A program made the translations under genes and the position numbers. This document shows, one piece after another, positions 21,468 through 32,508 of a stretch of 64,000 bases of DNA. The notes under the pieces are model-generated. The model had not been told where the DNA came from. It was given only the letters and a program-made list of their open reading frames with translations, and did not search any database. Numbering within the stretch: the first letter of the stretch is position 1; every line of letters starts with the position of its first letter. This DNA comes from an uncultured Acidobacteriota bacterium (lineage in GTDB: Bacteria > Acidobacteriota > UBA6911), in contig CAWHCF010000049.1 of the NCBI GenBank assembly GCA_963827655.1, positions 256,001 to 320,000 on the forward strand, read 5' to 3'.

Positions 21468-22565
21468 TCAGGAGGCGCGGCGCGACTCGCGGGCCACATC
21501 GTAGAGCGCCCTGATGTAGCCGATACTGTAAGCCCATCCGGTCCGGCGGTCGCCGACCATTTGCGGGACATGATCGGCGATAAGAATACCTCGAAAATCC
21601 ACCTCGACCAGGGTTCGCATGACCCGCTTCATGTCCGTGTATCCGTTGTCGACAAAGGTCTCGACGAAGTTCGGGATGGGCGCGCTCACGTTGCGGAAAT
21701 GGATTTTCCACAGCTTTCCCATCTTGGAGAATCCCCGGATGGCCTCCACCACATCCTTGCCCATCTCCTTGCCTCCTTCCATCCAGGTGCCGCAACAGAG
21801 GCAGACGCCGATGTTCGGGCTGTTTGCGATTTCGAGCGCGCGCACGTAGCCGCTGTAATTGCCGAAGATGCAGCGCGGGACGCCGGCGAGCTCGGGTACG
21901 GGCGGATCATCGGGGTGGATTCCGATCCGGATGCCCAGCTCTTCGGCAACCGGGACCACCTGTTTGATGAAGTAGGTGTAGTTTTCCCACAGTTCTTCCT
22001 TGGTGAATTTACGCCCGTGTGAAAGCGGCGGCTCGAATACCTTGCCTGCCCAATTGCCCTTGGCGGTTTCAAGACGGAAGGCGCGCGCCGGAGCGCCACC
22101 GCGGGTTGTCTCCCGCTCCGAACTCCAGATTCCGTTCCCCATGTGCGCGTAGGTCGTGTAGAAGATCCCGGCCTGGGCCAGATCGCGCAGGTATTTCTTG
22201 TACTCCTCGATCTTCTGATCGCGGCCAGGGAGGTTCAGCGTGACCTCAGGCATGTTGTGGACGTTCGAGTTTCCGATATTCGCAATCTTGAGACCGGCGG
22301 TTTCGACACGCTGCTTGAAACCGGCGAAGGTCTCGTGGGTACCGCCGCGAGTCGGGATACTGACGTACTCGACGCCGATTTGCTTGGCGAATACCAGGTC
22401 CTCTTCATTGAAGTCGGTCGGAATCTGAAGAGAAATCTTGATGCCGGGGGAGAGCGGGTCCAGGGACCGCTTGCCGGCGAAAACCGGAGCAGCCGCGAAA
22501 GCGGCGGCGGCGATGGCGCGAGCAAAGTCGCGGCGGCTGAGTGCGCTGTAATTCTTGTATCTCAT
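21468..22565 (-). CDS. Mannonate dehydratase (UxuA family) with Tat-like signal
   Basis: LWENYTYF, GIHPDDPP, IHFRNV, DHVP; N-terminal SRRDF. Confidence 0.8.
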   Translation of the reverse strand: MRYKNYSALSRRDFARAIAAAAFAAAPVFAGKRSLDPLSPGIKISLQIPTDFNEEDLVFAKQIGVEYVSIPTRGGTHETFAGFKQRVETAGLKIANIGNSNVHNMPEVTLNLPGRDQKIEEYKKYLRDLAQAGIFYTTYAHMGNGIWSSERETTRGGAPARAFRLETAKGNWAGKVFEPPLSHGRKFTKEELWENYTYFIKQVVPVAEELGIRIGIHPDDPPVPELAGVPRCIFGNYSGYVRALEIANSPNIGVCLCCGTWMEGGKEMGKDVVEAIRGFSKMGKLWKIHFRNVSAPIPNFVETFVDNGYTDMKRVMRTLVEVDFRGILIADHVPQMVGDRRTGWAYSIGYIRALYDVARESRRAS

Positions 22566-22594
22566 GACGAGTGCCTCCCGAGTGCGCGGACCTA

Positions 22595-23764
22595 TTATGC
22601 CGGCTGGAGATCGATTTTCTTGCCGGCGACCGACAGGTTTTCACGAATGAAGGTTTGATCCCAAAGATTGGAAATTACCGCCGAGACGTTCGGGTTTTGA
22701 AGGGTCCAGGTGTAAGCCTTCAGGGGCGGCTTCATGGAACCCGGGACGATACGGTTGACCTTGTCGACGCGCCACTGCGGTGTCGGCTGCAGTGCCTGAT
22801 GATGCGTGGCCACAGCCATCGCCACCTTCATGGCGATGACGCCCACGTCTTTGGCGCGGGCCAGCCGAAGGGCTTCCTCGACATATCCTCCGTTGATGAT
22901 GTTATAGGCGACCATGGCAACGTCGTAGTGACCGAGCTCGACGGCCTTTTTCAGAACTCCGGCAGGATCATTGTGCGCGGTCACACCGAGGAAACGCACC
23001 TTTCCCTGTTTCTTGAGCTGCAGAAAGGTCTGGTAGATCTCGGGCGTTTCGAGCTCTTCGGGGCTGTTAGCTCCATGCGGACACATCACGATATCGAAGT
23101 AGTCCGTACCCACGCGCTTCAAGCTTCCCTCGATCGATTCGATCATGAAGCGACGGAAACGCGGGTTGCCATCCACTTTGTGCGCGTAGTCGGGCGCCAT
23201 GGCGTTGCTCAAGTAAGCCGGTTCCAGGGCCCTTTTCTGACCGGGAAAATACTCCAGGAAATACCCCGGTTTTGCGGCCCCGCGCTCGGCCAGCATCTCG
23301 TTGGCCCGCCCGAGTATGGTTCGCTTTTTGTCATCAGGCAGTGTCTCGAAGATCTCTTTGTACAGCTCGTAGCGCACGGATGAGTAACCGCTGATCTTGG
23401 TCGTGAGGAAGACCTTCTCACGCACCGACGATCTACCGGCGAGCAATTTGCCATAGGCCGTCTCGCAATCGCCGCGGCTGTAAGACGGAGCCATATCGAG
23501 ATAGTTCAACCCCATATCGACCGCGAGATTGAGGTGCTCGTAGTTGTCGGTTCGGATGGGATCGCCGCCGCTCACGACTTCGGAGACCATGATTCCGGTG
23601 CGCCCGAGCCGGCGATAGGCCATTTCCGGCTGCTTGTTGCGCCACTCCGGATCTCCCGTCCGGTTGACGGCGGCATGGATCGCTTGCCTGGGCGCGCCGA
23701 GCGCGAGTCCCAGGGCGGCAGCTTGTTTGAGAAAATCCCGGCGGTGGCTTTTTTGACGAATCAT
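22595..23764 (-). CDS. Aldo/keto reductase family protein with Tat-like signal
   Basis: YRRLGRTG, GLNYLDMAPSY, SLKRVGTDYFD, GKVRFLGVT; N-terminal RRDFLK. Confidence 0.85.
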   Translation of the reverse strand: MIRQKSHRRDFLKQAAALGLALGAPRQAIHAAVNRTGDPEWRNKQPEMAYRRLGRTGIMVSEVVSGGDPIRTDNYEHLNLAVDMGLNYLDMAPSYSRGDCETAYGKLLAGRSSVREKVFLTTKISGYSSVRYELYKEIFETLPDDKKRTILGRANEMLAERGAAKPGYFLEYFPGQKRALEPAYLSNAMAPDYAHKVDGNPRFRRFMIESIEGSLKRVGTDYFDIVMCPHGANSPEELETPEIYQTFLQLKKQGKVRFLGVTAHNDPAGVLKKAVELGHYDVAMVAYNIINGGYVEEALRLARAKDVGVIAMKVAMAVATHHQALQPTPQWRVDKVNRIVPGSMKPPLKAYTWTLQNPNVSAVISNLWDQTFIRENLSVAGKKIDLQPA

Positions 23765-24191
23765 GACCCGCTTCTCCCCTTTGCTTTGATGAACCTATGG
23801 TCCCGAGATCGCAAGCGCCTGGCTTCTCTCCGAGCCTTCGGGGTTGACCTGGTTTCGACGAGTTGCTCTTTATGCGAGAATTCCCTGAAAACGTTCGCAT
23901 CCGACTCAAGAGCGGTGAGCGCATGATCGTTTGATCTTAGCGCTGATCGTTTCCAAGCTCCACAATTGTTTGCATTCACCTGGCGTTTCTTCGAACAAGA
24001 GAAAACATCTTGTTTTCCGGCAAGATTTTGCTCACGAAGCAGAGAGCAAAGAAGATTTGCCACGATACGTTGTGGCCACAGGCCATTCGAGCCTTGACGA
24101 GATCGTCACGCAGAAATACCGGCCTTGAGAGAAGGCCTGCCGCCCTGTATCATTTCCGCTCTCGACTCATACTGATAAGGAGAAATATATA

Positions 24192-25216
24192 ATGGTTGAA
24201 TCGAAATCCAACGCTGGTCCATCTCCGCAGCTCTTCTTTGACACTGTCAACGGGTACCAGCGTACCTCAGCGATCAAGGCTGCCGTGGAACTGGATGTTT
24301 TCACCCCAATGGGAGAGGGAGAAAAGACCAGCCAGGAGCTTGCCAGCCAGTGCGGAACCTCTGAGCGCGGGATGCGAATTCTTTGTGATTACCTGGTCGT
24401 CCTTGGTTTTCTGACCAAACAGGCGAACCGATACGCCCTCACTCAGGATTCGGCTGTCTTTCTCAATCGGCAGTCGCCCATGTATCTGGGCTCCGCGATC
24501 GAGTTCCTTCTCTCGCCCATGCTCGCCGACAATTTCAAGGTTCTGAAAGTCCGCGGTCCGGAAGGGTGGGACAGCGATGAGCTGCAGAAGGAACCGTTGC
24601 TCCCGAGCACCCGATCTGGGTTGAATTCGCCAGGTCCATGGCTCCGATGACGACCCTGCCGGCCCAAAACATGGCGCGGCTGGTTCGACTCGCTCCCGAC
24701 CGGAACAGCAAGGTGCTCGATATCGCCGCCGGTCACGGGAAGTTCGGCCTCGCCTTCGGCGCTGAATACCCGCGGGCTGAAATTGTGGCGCTCGACTGGC
24801 CCAAGGTTCTCGAGGTCGCCCGGGAGAATGCGCGCGCGGCCGGGCTCGAGTCCCGCTTTCGAACCATAGCAGGGAGCGCCTTCGACGCCGACTACGGAAG
24901 CGACTACGACGTTGTCCTGCTGACGAATTTTCTGCACCACTTCAATCCTGAGACCTGCGAAAACCTTCTGCGCAGGGTGAAAGCGGCCCTTAGAAAAGGC
25001 GGCCGAGCCGCGGTGCTCGACTTTGTGCCCAACGAGGACAGAGTCACGCCTCCTGTGGCCGCGTCATTCAGTCTGATGATGCTTGGGTCGACTCCAGGCG
25101 GAGACGCCTACACCTTCTCCGAATACGAGCGCATGTTTCGCAACGCCGGTTTCGCGCACACTGAGCTGCATGCGCTTGCCCCTACCTTTGAGAGTGTCGT
25201 GATCTCGCAGGCGTGA
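24192..25216 (+). CDS. SAM-dependent O-methyltransferase with dimerisation domain (indels near 24545-24590)
   Basis: AAVELDVFT N-domain in one ORF; VLDIAAGHG and LTNFLHHF in the downstream ORF; the bridge reads ...PEHPIWVEFARSMAP. Confidence 0.85.
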
Positions 25217-25414
25217 TTCCTGGCGTTTCCTCGCTTTTGGTTCAGCCGCACCAACCACGAAGACGCATTAACAAGCCAGGGCACTGCGTCGCATGTAACC
25301 TTTCGGCTGGATCGCGGTTACTACGTGTAGTGGGCTGGACCGACGCGGTGTGCGCGCCGTCAGAGTCAAAGGACGAACAGAGATCTACACTGGAATCTTC
25401 AAGGAGATGGGACT

Positions 25415-26197
25415 ATGCGTTTGACCAGGATCGTAAGCCTTGCATTTCTGTGCCTGGCCGCGGGACGCTTTGCCGGGGCCGAGCAGGACTCCTTTCGATG
25501 GCAGGGGCGCGTGGACCCTGGCCGAGTAATCGAGATAAAGGGGATAAACGGCGATGTCGATGCGCAATCCGCCTCCGGCAGCCTGGTGGAAGTGATTGCC
25601 GCAAAAGAGGGTCGCCGAAGCGACCCGCGTCTGGTCAATATCCAGGTGCTCGAGCATGCCGACGGCGTTACCATCTGCGCGGTCTATCCCAGCGATGATC
25701 CGAGCCGGCCCAACGAATGCAAGCCAGGCAAGGGTGGGCGCAGCAGCATACGCAATAACGACGTCAAGGTAGATTTTGCGGTCCGTGTTCCCCTGGGAGT
25801 CCGGTTCACTGGACGCACCGTTAATGGCGAGGTAAGGGTGGAATCGCTCGCGAGTGACGTCGAGGCAGCTACCGTTAATGGCAGCGTACGGATCAGTACC
25901 GTCGGACACGCGCAAGCGGAAACGGTAAATGGTTCCATTACAGCATCGATGGGGAGCGCGAGCTGGGCCGAACCGCTCGAGTTTAAGACGGTCAATGGCA
26001 GCATTACCCTGCAGCTCCCGCCGACGACCGAAACTGAAATCAGGGCGGAGACGGTCAACGGCGACATCTCGACAGACTTTCCGGTGACGGTCCGGGGTAG
26101 CTTCAGCAAGAAACGGATGGACGGGACGATCGGGCGCGGGGGGCGGACGCTTGTTCTCAAGACGGTCAATGGCAGCGTGAGGCTGAATTCTCACTGA
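25415..26197 (+). CDS. Secreted DUF4097-type beta-strand repeat protein
   Basis: Signal peptide and about six TVNG(S/D/E) repeats. Confidence 0.85.
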   Translation: MRLTRIVSLAFLCLAAGRFAGAEQDSFRWQGRVDPGRVIEIKGINGDVDAQSASGSLVEVIAAKEGRRSDPRLVNIQVLEHADGVTICAVYPSDDPSRPNECKPGKGGRSSIRNNDVKVDFAVRVPLGVRFTGRTVNGEVRVESLASDVEAATVNGSVRISTVGHAQAETVNGSITASMGSASWAEPLEFKTVNGSITLQLPPTTETEIRAETVNGDISTDFPVTVRGSFSKKRMDGTIGRGGRTLVLKTVNGSVRLNSH

Positions 26198-26298
26198 GCG
26201 ATCATACAGTTTCAAGAATCAGCAGCCTTTGCGCCGGGTGTTGTTCATGATTCTGCATGCCTAAGGCGCCCGCCGGCAGCCTTATTCGGTGGCGGGTT

Positions 26299-26841
26299 TC
26301 AGGGGGCTTTTCGGGGATAGCCCTGAGCGAGTGCCTGCCGCGTGACTTTCGCAATGAAATCACTCTTGGCCTCGGCATATGCCTCACGCGTCTCGAAGTG
26401 AGAAGACGAATACCGCGGAGCCAAATCCTTCTTGAGCGATTCGTACTCCCGTGCGACAGCATCGTGGTCGCGAAGGTAGTCTCGGAAGGCTAGCGTCTTG
26501 CTTTCCTCTTCACCATCGGCCGCCACGACGTGGATATGATGCGTATGGGGCCATGTCTCAGGGCGATGGAAAAACGGTGCGAAGGCGTCGTCCGGATGTA
26601 GAACGTGAACGTAACCAAGTTCCACCAGACGGCCGGCGTAGAGATCGATCGGGTGCAGCCGCCTCACAGAGATCTGGATGTCGATCACCGGCTTCGCCGA
26701 CAAGCCGGGAACCGAGGTAGATCCGTTGTGCTCGATTCGTACCGCCAGCGTGCCCAGGGCCTTCTCCAGTCGAGCCCGTTCCTGTTCGAAATCGGCCGCC
26801 CAGCGTGGATCATAGGGCTTGATCTCGAGGACGTCAGTCAT
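26299..26841 (-). CDS. GrpB/UPF0157 nucleotidyltransferase-like protein
   Basis: YDPRW, IEHNGSTSVPGLSAKPVIDI, FRDYLR, YESLK, YAEAKSDFI. Confidence 0.9.
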   Translation of the reverse strand: MTDVLEIKPYDPRWAADFEQERARLEKALGTLAVRIEHNGSTSVPGLSAKPVIDIQISVRRLHPIDLYAGRLVELGYVHVLHPDDAFAPFFHRPETWPHTHHIHVVAADGEEESKTLAFRDYLRDHDAVAREYESLKKDLAPRYSSSHFETREAYAEAKSDFIAKVTRQALAQGYPRKAP

Positions 26842-26928
26842 TCCGTGCGCCGCCCAATTTGTAATCAGGCCCACCACGCCGGGAACTGAACCTGGTCGGC
26901 CTGGCACGAACTATCACAACCACTAGGA

Positions 26929-27471
26929 TCAACGTTTCTTGGATTTGGTTTTGACCGGAAAGCGCTCTAGGCCCGTTTCGGCGCCTTCGCGGGCGCCCTC
27001 GGCTATCTCCAGCCCCTGGTTGCTAAGATTCCAGACCGGTTCGTCCTTTTTCTCCTCCGCAATTTTCTTGATGATGGCCAGGTCCTTCGCCGCCTTCTCA
27101 GCGCCCTCTTTAAGATCCTTGAGAGCTTTATTCAGCTTGCCCCGGTCGGTGGAGGGCCTTTCGGCCGCCTCGTCGAGGTTAATCATGACGCTGCGTATGA
27201 TCCGGGAATAACCTTCGAGCATTTCCTGGACCGTAAAAAACTCCAGCGGGTCTCCCGCGACCGACTCCTTGCCGTGCAGCCTTTCCTCGGCGGTCTTCAG
27301 CCGCAGCGCGCCGGCATCCATATAAATCTTGATCCGCTTGTCGATTTCTTGAGCATCCTGAAGCTTGAGAATCTCGTCAGGAGTAAGAAACTCCTTGCCC
27401 GCGGATGACGTGGCGGCGATTAGCCCGAACCCTACCGCCACTAGGTATGCCTGAATTAACGATCTGAGCAT
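26929..27471 (-). CDS. Hypothetical secreted alpha-helical protein
   Basis: Signal-like N-terminus, then EFLTPDEILKLQDAQEIDKRIKIY; co-oriented downstream of argS. Confidence 0.7.
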   Translation of the reverse strand: MLRSLIQAYLVAVGFGLIAATSSAGKEFLTPDEILKLQDAQEIDKRIKIYMDAGALRLKTAEERLHGKESVAGDPLEFFTVQEMLEGYSRIIRSVMINLDEAAERPSTDRGKLNKALKDLKEGAEKAAKDLAIIKKIAEEKKDEPVWNLSNQGLEIAEGAREGAETGLERFPVKTKSKKR

Positions 27472-27501
27472 CCTGGTTACCTCTGAAATCATGATCGAAC
27501 G

Positions 27502-29481
27502 TCACATTTTAGGAGGGGCCTCGCACCCTAGCAAATCAAGTGCTTTCTCAAGCTGCTTGCGCACCAAGTCGGTGACGAACAGCAAACACTGTTTTCGATG
27601 GTCGTCGCTTTCGGAAAGGATGTGATGACGGTGATAAAAGAGATTGAACTTCTGCGCCAGGTGAAAGGCGTACTTTCCGAGTTGGGAAAGTTCCAGGGAG
27701 GATGTTACCTGCCGCACTACTTCAGGCAATCTAGCCGCCTGGTATACAAGCTCCCAGATGTCGTTTTGTGAGGCCAGGAACTCCTGCAACAGCGCCTCAT
27801 CCAAGGCTTGGACCGGAGGCGATGCCCCTGACTCCGCGAGCTTTCGGAAGATGTTGTTGGCGCGGACCACCGCATACTGGACGTAGGGTCCGGTCTCTCC
27901 GTCGAAGTTCAGGGCTTCTTTGAAATCAAAGGCTATCACCGTTGTGCGCGCGAATCGCAGTAGAAAATAGCGCAGCGCCCCCACCGCTATGATTGAAGCG
28001 ATCCTTCGGGCCTCCTCGTCGGGAAGGGCGTGGCGCGAACGGACTTCTGCCAGAGCCCTCTCCATGAGGGTGTCCAGCAGGTCATCGGCCTTCACGCCCA
28101 GCCCCTTGCGGCCCGAGACCTCGACGTAAGGACGTTTCTTCTCCTCCGCGGAGAGTTCGACTCCGAGTTCTTCACAGCATGCGGGACTGAGAGCCACCAT
28201 CGCGTAGGAGAAATGGACGGAGTTCTTCGCCTGTTCCTGGTAGCCCAGAGCCTTCAATCCTTGAAGTACAACCTGTTGCAAGTAGGCCTGACGGGTATCG
28301 ATGACATTGTAGACCCGGCTGGCGCACCCGAACCGAGGTGGTTGCACTCCGGGAACTTCATCAGGCGCGGTAATCCACAGGGTGTGGCCATTGTAGACTT
28401 CGAAAGGGCGGTAATGAAAATCGAGACCGAGCAAGCCGAATTTCCACAGCTGATAGGCGATGTCCTTGCCGACATAGGTTACAGTGCTGTCGGACCGGAC
28501 GATAATCTTTTCATCGTCCTGGACTTCGTCCCCAGAGACTTCCCCTGCGGACTCATCGGCCCGATCCCGGGTTTTCATTACCCAGCAACCGCGGTTCTTC
28601 CCATCCTCTACGAAATAGACCGCACCTCTGTCCTTCAGTAACTTGAAGGCCCTCTCCCAAAAGTGAAGGTGCAGGATTTCACTTTCGCGAGGAAGAAGAT
28701 CGTATTGCACGCCGATCCTGCCCATGGTTGCCACGTGCGCCCGCACCACCCGCATGGCCACGTGGTTCGCGAGTTCCGCGGTCGGGTTATTCCCGGCCTC
28801 AATCGCTTGCAGGCTCAAGCTGCGCAATTTTCGATTTTCCTCGGACTGGGTGTAGAACTCGGCCACGCGGGCATAGACGTCCCAGCAGTAGTAGTCAAAT
28901 TTCCCGTCCACGGCGGCCACCTCGGCCAGGTTCTTTCCCTCCATGCGCTCCAACCCCACTACTACGTCCGCCACTTGAACGCCCGTGTTGTCGACGTAGT
29001 TCTGGACCTCCACGTCATGTCCTAGAAAGCGAAGGCATCGGACGAAAGAGTCGCCCAGCGCGGCGTTGCGCAGATGTCCTATGTGAGCCGCCTTGTTGGG
29101 ATTGATATTGGTGTGTTCGACGATGATTTTGCCGTCGGAGACCGACTCCTCGAGTCTGCCGTGCAAACTCCGTCCGATACTCTCTTGCAGGCGAAGCGCC
29201 AGGCTGCCGCGGTGGAGGTAGAAGTTAAGATAACCGCCGCCGGCAACGTCAACCTTCCAGATTCCGGGAATCTCTCGCGCGGCTTGGGCTAGTTCCAGCG
29301 CGATATCTCGAGGGGCGCGCTTCAGTTTGCGCCCCAGGTCAAAGGCGATTGGAAGAGCCAACTCACCCAGATCGACGCTCGGAGGGAGGGTGAAGTTCAG
29401 TTTTTCGTAGCTGACTTGATAGCGGTCGCGGATTTGCTGGAGAAGAACCTTCTCCACTTCTCGCGAGAGTGCGGAAAGCAT
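27502..29481 (-). CDS. argS: Arginine--tRNA ligase
   Basis: EHTNINPNKAAHIGHLRN, VSGRKG, GETGPYVQY, ends PPKM. Confidence 0.96.
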   Translation of the reverse strand: MLSALSREVEKVLLQQIRDRYQVSYEKLNFTLPPSVDLGELALPIAFDLGRKLKRAPRDIALELAQAAREIPGIWKVDVAGGGYLNFYLHRGSLALRLQESIGRSLHGRLEESVSDGKIIVEHTNINPNKAAHIGHLRNAALGDSFVRCLRFLGHDVEVQNYVDNTGVQVADVVVGLERMEGKNLAEVAAVDGKFDYYCWDVYARVAEFYTQSEENRKLRSLSLQAIEAGNNPTAELANHVAMRVVRAHVATMGRIGVQYDLLPRESEILHLHFWERAFKLLKDRGAVYFVEDGKNRGCWVMKTRDRADESAGEVSGDEVQDDEKIIVRSDSTVTYVGKDIAYQLWKFGLLGLDFHYRPFEVYNGHTLWITAPDEVPGVQPPRFGCASRVYNVIDTRQAYLQQVVLQGLKALGYQEQAKNSVHFSYAMVALSPACCEELGVELSAEEKKRPYVEVSGRKGLGVKADDLLDTLMERALAEVRSRHALPDEEARRIASIIAVGALRYFLLRFARTTVIAFDFKEALNFDGETGPYVQYAVVRANNIFRKLAESGASPPVQALDEALLQEFLASQNDIWELVYQAARLPEVVRQVTSSLELSQLGKYAFHLAQKFNLFYHRHHILSESDDHRKQCLLFVTDLVRKQLEKALDLLGCEAPPKM

Positions 29482-29675
29482 AATTCTCCGTGCTGTGCCA
29501 ATCGAAGAAGATACCCCATCGATTTCATCAAATCAACGAGCGCAAGGCGGGACAAAACCAACCACAAAGACACGAAGACTCGAAGAAACGCCAGGTTTCC
29601 CAAAAAGGTCAAGCAGCCGTCCGCCGAGCCACACGTCTTGACTTCGTCCGTGGGCGAACCCTACGATTCAATTTC

Positions 29676-29822
29676 GGATTGCAGATTGCGGATTGCGGAT
29701 TGAAGATAGTTGCGGATTGGGGATTGGAATTGGGAATTACGGATTGAAGAGCGTACCCGATAGAGAATCGGCCATCTCGAAGGAGACAATCTGCAATCGC
29801 GGAAATCTGCAATCCGCAATCG
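29676..29822. repeat. Inverted heptamer cassette (GATTGCG)n...(CAATCCG/CAATCTG)n
   Basis: GGATTGCAGATTGCGGATTGCGGATTG... paired with CAATCTGCAATC...AATCTGCAATCCGCAATCG. Confidence 0.85.
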
Positions 29823-29834
29823 ATAGAAGGAATT

Positions 29835-31061
29835 ATGCGCATCGTGTATTTCGAGCCCTTCTCGGGGATCAGCGGCGACATGGTACTCGGAGCTCTGCTC
29901 GACCTGGGTCTCGAGCTCGAGACCCTCCAGCAGCAGTTGAATGCGCTCCCCTTCGAGGACTATGGCCTATCTAGCCGCAGGTGTTCCAAGGCCGGAATTC
30001 GGGCAATCAAGTTCGATGTCAATGACCGCACCGGCGCCGGAGAGGTCAGCAGCGGCTCATCACTCGCACACGAGCTACCGCGAAATCCGGAACATGATTC
30101 AGTCGAGCCCGCTTTCGGCCTGGGTTAAGGGAAAATCGCTGGAAGCCTTTCGCCGGCTGGCCGAAGCCGAAGCGAAGATTCACGATCGAGACCCCGAAGA
30201 AGTTCAGTTTCATGAGGTCGGAGCGGTCGATTCCATTGTCGATATTGTGGGGTGCATGATTGGTCTTGAACGGTTCCTGCCGGCAGTCGTTCCTCTCGGC
30301 TCCTGTGAATGTGGGGCAGGGCACTCTCCGCTGCCAGCACGGTATCTATCCAGCGCCTGGCCCGGCAACCGAGGAACTGCTCAAAGGGATACCAACATAC
30401 TCGGACGCGATCTCCGGAGAGCTCACGACTCCGACTGGAGCGACCCTCCTCGCCACGCTGGTGGAACGGTTCGGTCCTCGGCCGCTCATGCGGATCGAGG
30501 GCGCCGGCTATGGGGCTGGAAGCCGGGACCTGGCGGGAGTCGCGAACGTGCTGCGCCTCACGGTCGGAGAGGAGATCCGGTTCGACCAACCCGCCTCAGC
30601 GCGCGAACAGGTCGCCGTGATCGAAGCGACTATCGACGACATGAACCCCCAGATCTACGGGTACTTTCAGGAAAGGGCGTTCGAACAAGGCGCCCTCGAT
30701 GTTTATGCGACTCCGGTTCAGATGAAGAAGAATCGGCCGGCGATGGAATTGACCGTCGTATGCACGCCGGAAAGCGTTGAGAGACTCAGCCGGCTGATCT
30801 TTGCCGAGACCACGACGATCGGCATAAGATACACGATCGCCGAACGCAAAACGCTTCAACGGCAGTTCGCCGAAGTCCAGACGGAATACGGACCGGTTAC
30901 GATCAAGGTGTCATCATTGGACGGGCGCCGCATGAACTTTGTCCCCGAATATGAGGACTGCAGGCGATTGGCGGTAGAAAAGGATGTGGCTCTGAAGGAA
31001 GTTCAGGCGGCCGCCGATTCGGGCGTATCTTGAGAGCGCGGCCAAATCGATTGACGATTGA
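29835..31061 (+). CDS. larC: Nickel-pincer cofactor Ni-insertion protein (about three indels)
   Basis: FSGISGDMVLGALLDLG; His-rich linker; FHEVGAVDSIVDIVG; GELTTPTG; MKKNRP; ETTTIGIR; PEYEDC, spread across three ORFs. Confidence 0.88.
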
Positions 31062-31120
31062 CGATTGTCGATTGAGATTCGACTCGGAATCGCTCAATCG
31101 TCAATCGTAAATCGTCAATC
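31048..31120. repeat. Inverted GATTGAC cassette
   Basis: CGATTGACGATTGACGATTGTCGATTG...CAATCGTCAATCGTAAATCGTCAATC. Confidence 0.9.
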
Positions 31121-31136
31121 CGAAGGAGAGTGAAGC

Positions 31137-31505
31137 ATGCCCGAAGAGAAAGCGATGCCATCGGTACCCGATGTCCCCAATGACAGGATCAGCATCGAGG
31201 ACTTTGCCAAAGTGCAGATGAGAGTGGGACAGATCACGGAGGCGGAGAAAATTGAAGGCTCTCGCAAGCTGGTAAAGCTCAGAGTCGACCTTGGTACGGA
31301 GGTTCGCCAGGTCGTTGCTGGTATTGCCGACGCTTATGATCCGGCCAGTCTTCTAAATCGAAAAGTAGTCGTGGTGGCCAACTTGAAACCGGCCAAGCTC
31401 ATGGGCGTCGAGTCCAACGGCATGGTTGTGGCTGCCTCCGTCGACGGAAAACCGGTCCTCGCCACGTTCACCGAAGATGTGCCCAACGGCACTTTACTCA
31501 AGTAA
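31137..31505 (+). CDS. Stand-alone tRNA-binding OB domain (MetRS C-terminal/beta-subunit type)
   Basis: ISIEDFAKVQMRVG, RQVVAGIA, NLKPAKLMGVESNGM. Confidence 0.9.
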   Translation: MPEEKAMPSVPDVPNDRISIEDFAKVQMRVGQITEAEKIEGSRKLVKLRVDLGTEVRQVVAGIADAYDPASLLNRKVVVVANLKPAKLMGVESNGMVVAASVDGKPVLATFTEDVPNGTLLK

Positions 31506-31526
31506 GTGCGTCACACCGGCGCGTCG

Positions 31527-32305
31527 ATGATAGCCGACTCCCACGCTCATCTCGATATGCCCCAGTTCGACTCGGATCGCGACGACGTCATCCGCCGCGC
31601 CCGGGACTGCGGGGTTGAGTTGCTGATCACAATCGGGACCGGGAATCCGGCGGAGTCTTCGGTCGAGAAGACGCATTGAACTGGCTGGGAAGCATGACTT
31701 CATTCATATCGGAATAGGCGTACATCCGCACGACGCGCGGCTTCCTGACGAGTCATACTGGGAAAGAATGGGACAGTGGGCACGACATCCCAAGGTCGTG
31801 CTCTGGGGCGAGATAGGGCTGGACTATCACTACGACCGTTCCCCCCGCGAGATCCAGCGGCTGGTATTCCGACGACAGCTCCGGATGGCGCGAGAGCACA
31901 ACCTGCCCGTATCGATCCACTGCCGTGACGCGTGGCCGGACCTGCTTGCGATGCTCGAGGAGGACTGGGATTCGGGCAAGCAACGGGGAATTCTGCACAG
32001 TTTTACCGGTGACTCGGATCAGGCGCGAGAATGTGCCGCCATGGGTTTCTTGATTTCATTTTCCGGAATAGTGACTTTCAAGAACGCAGACTTCTTTACG
32101 GGAGGCGGCGCGAGGCCTGACACTCGACCAGATCCTGGTTGAAACCGACGCCCCCTTCCTGGCGCCGGTGCCGCATCGAGGAAGACGGAACGAGCCCGCC
32201 TACGTGGTAGATGTCGCGAAGGGTCTGGCCCAGACCCTGGAGGTGACGTTGGATGAGATTGCCCGTCACACTATCGAACAATCTCCGCCGCCTTATTTCG
32301 ATTGA
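31527..32305 (+). CDS. tatD: TatD-family DNase (several indels; 3' end approximate)
   Basis: ATG 31527 [10 protein letters not shown]; GVHPHDA; GEIGLDYHY; IHCRDA; LHSFTG; [21 protein letters not shown]. Confidence 0.85.
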
Positions 32306-32437
32306 CGATTGACGATTGACGATTGACGATTGAGGCGGATGAATTCTCATACTCGGTTCGTCAACTAAGAACGACAACGGATCGGCAATCGGAGGGAATT
32401 TCAATCGTCAATCGTCAATCGTCAATCGTAAATCGTC
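32299..32437. repeat. Inverted GATTGAC cassette
   Basis: About five forward units at 32299-32332 and about five reverse units at 32401-32437. Confidence 0.9.
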
Positions 32438-32508
32438 TTTTGACCTGTGGTAAGATGCCGTTTTTCGACGCGCTTGATAAATCAGTTCACCCTTAAGAAG
32501 GGGGAGCA

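Noticed and set aside
23765-24191. Long divergent spacer as a hidden gene or IS remnant
   Set aside because: Only short motif-less ORFs and a degenerate octamer unit
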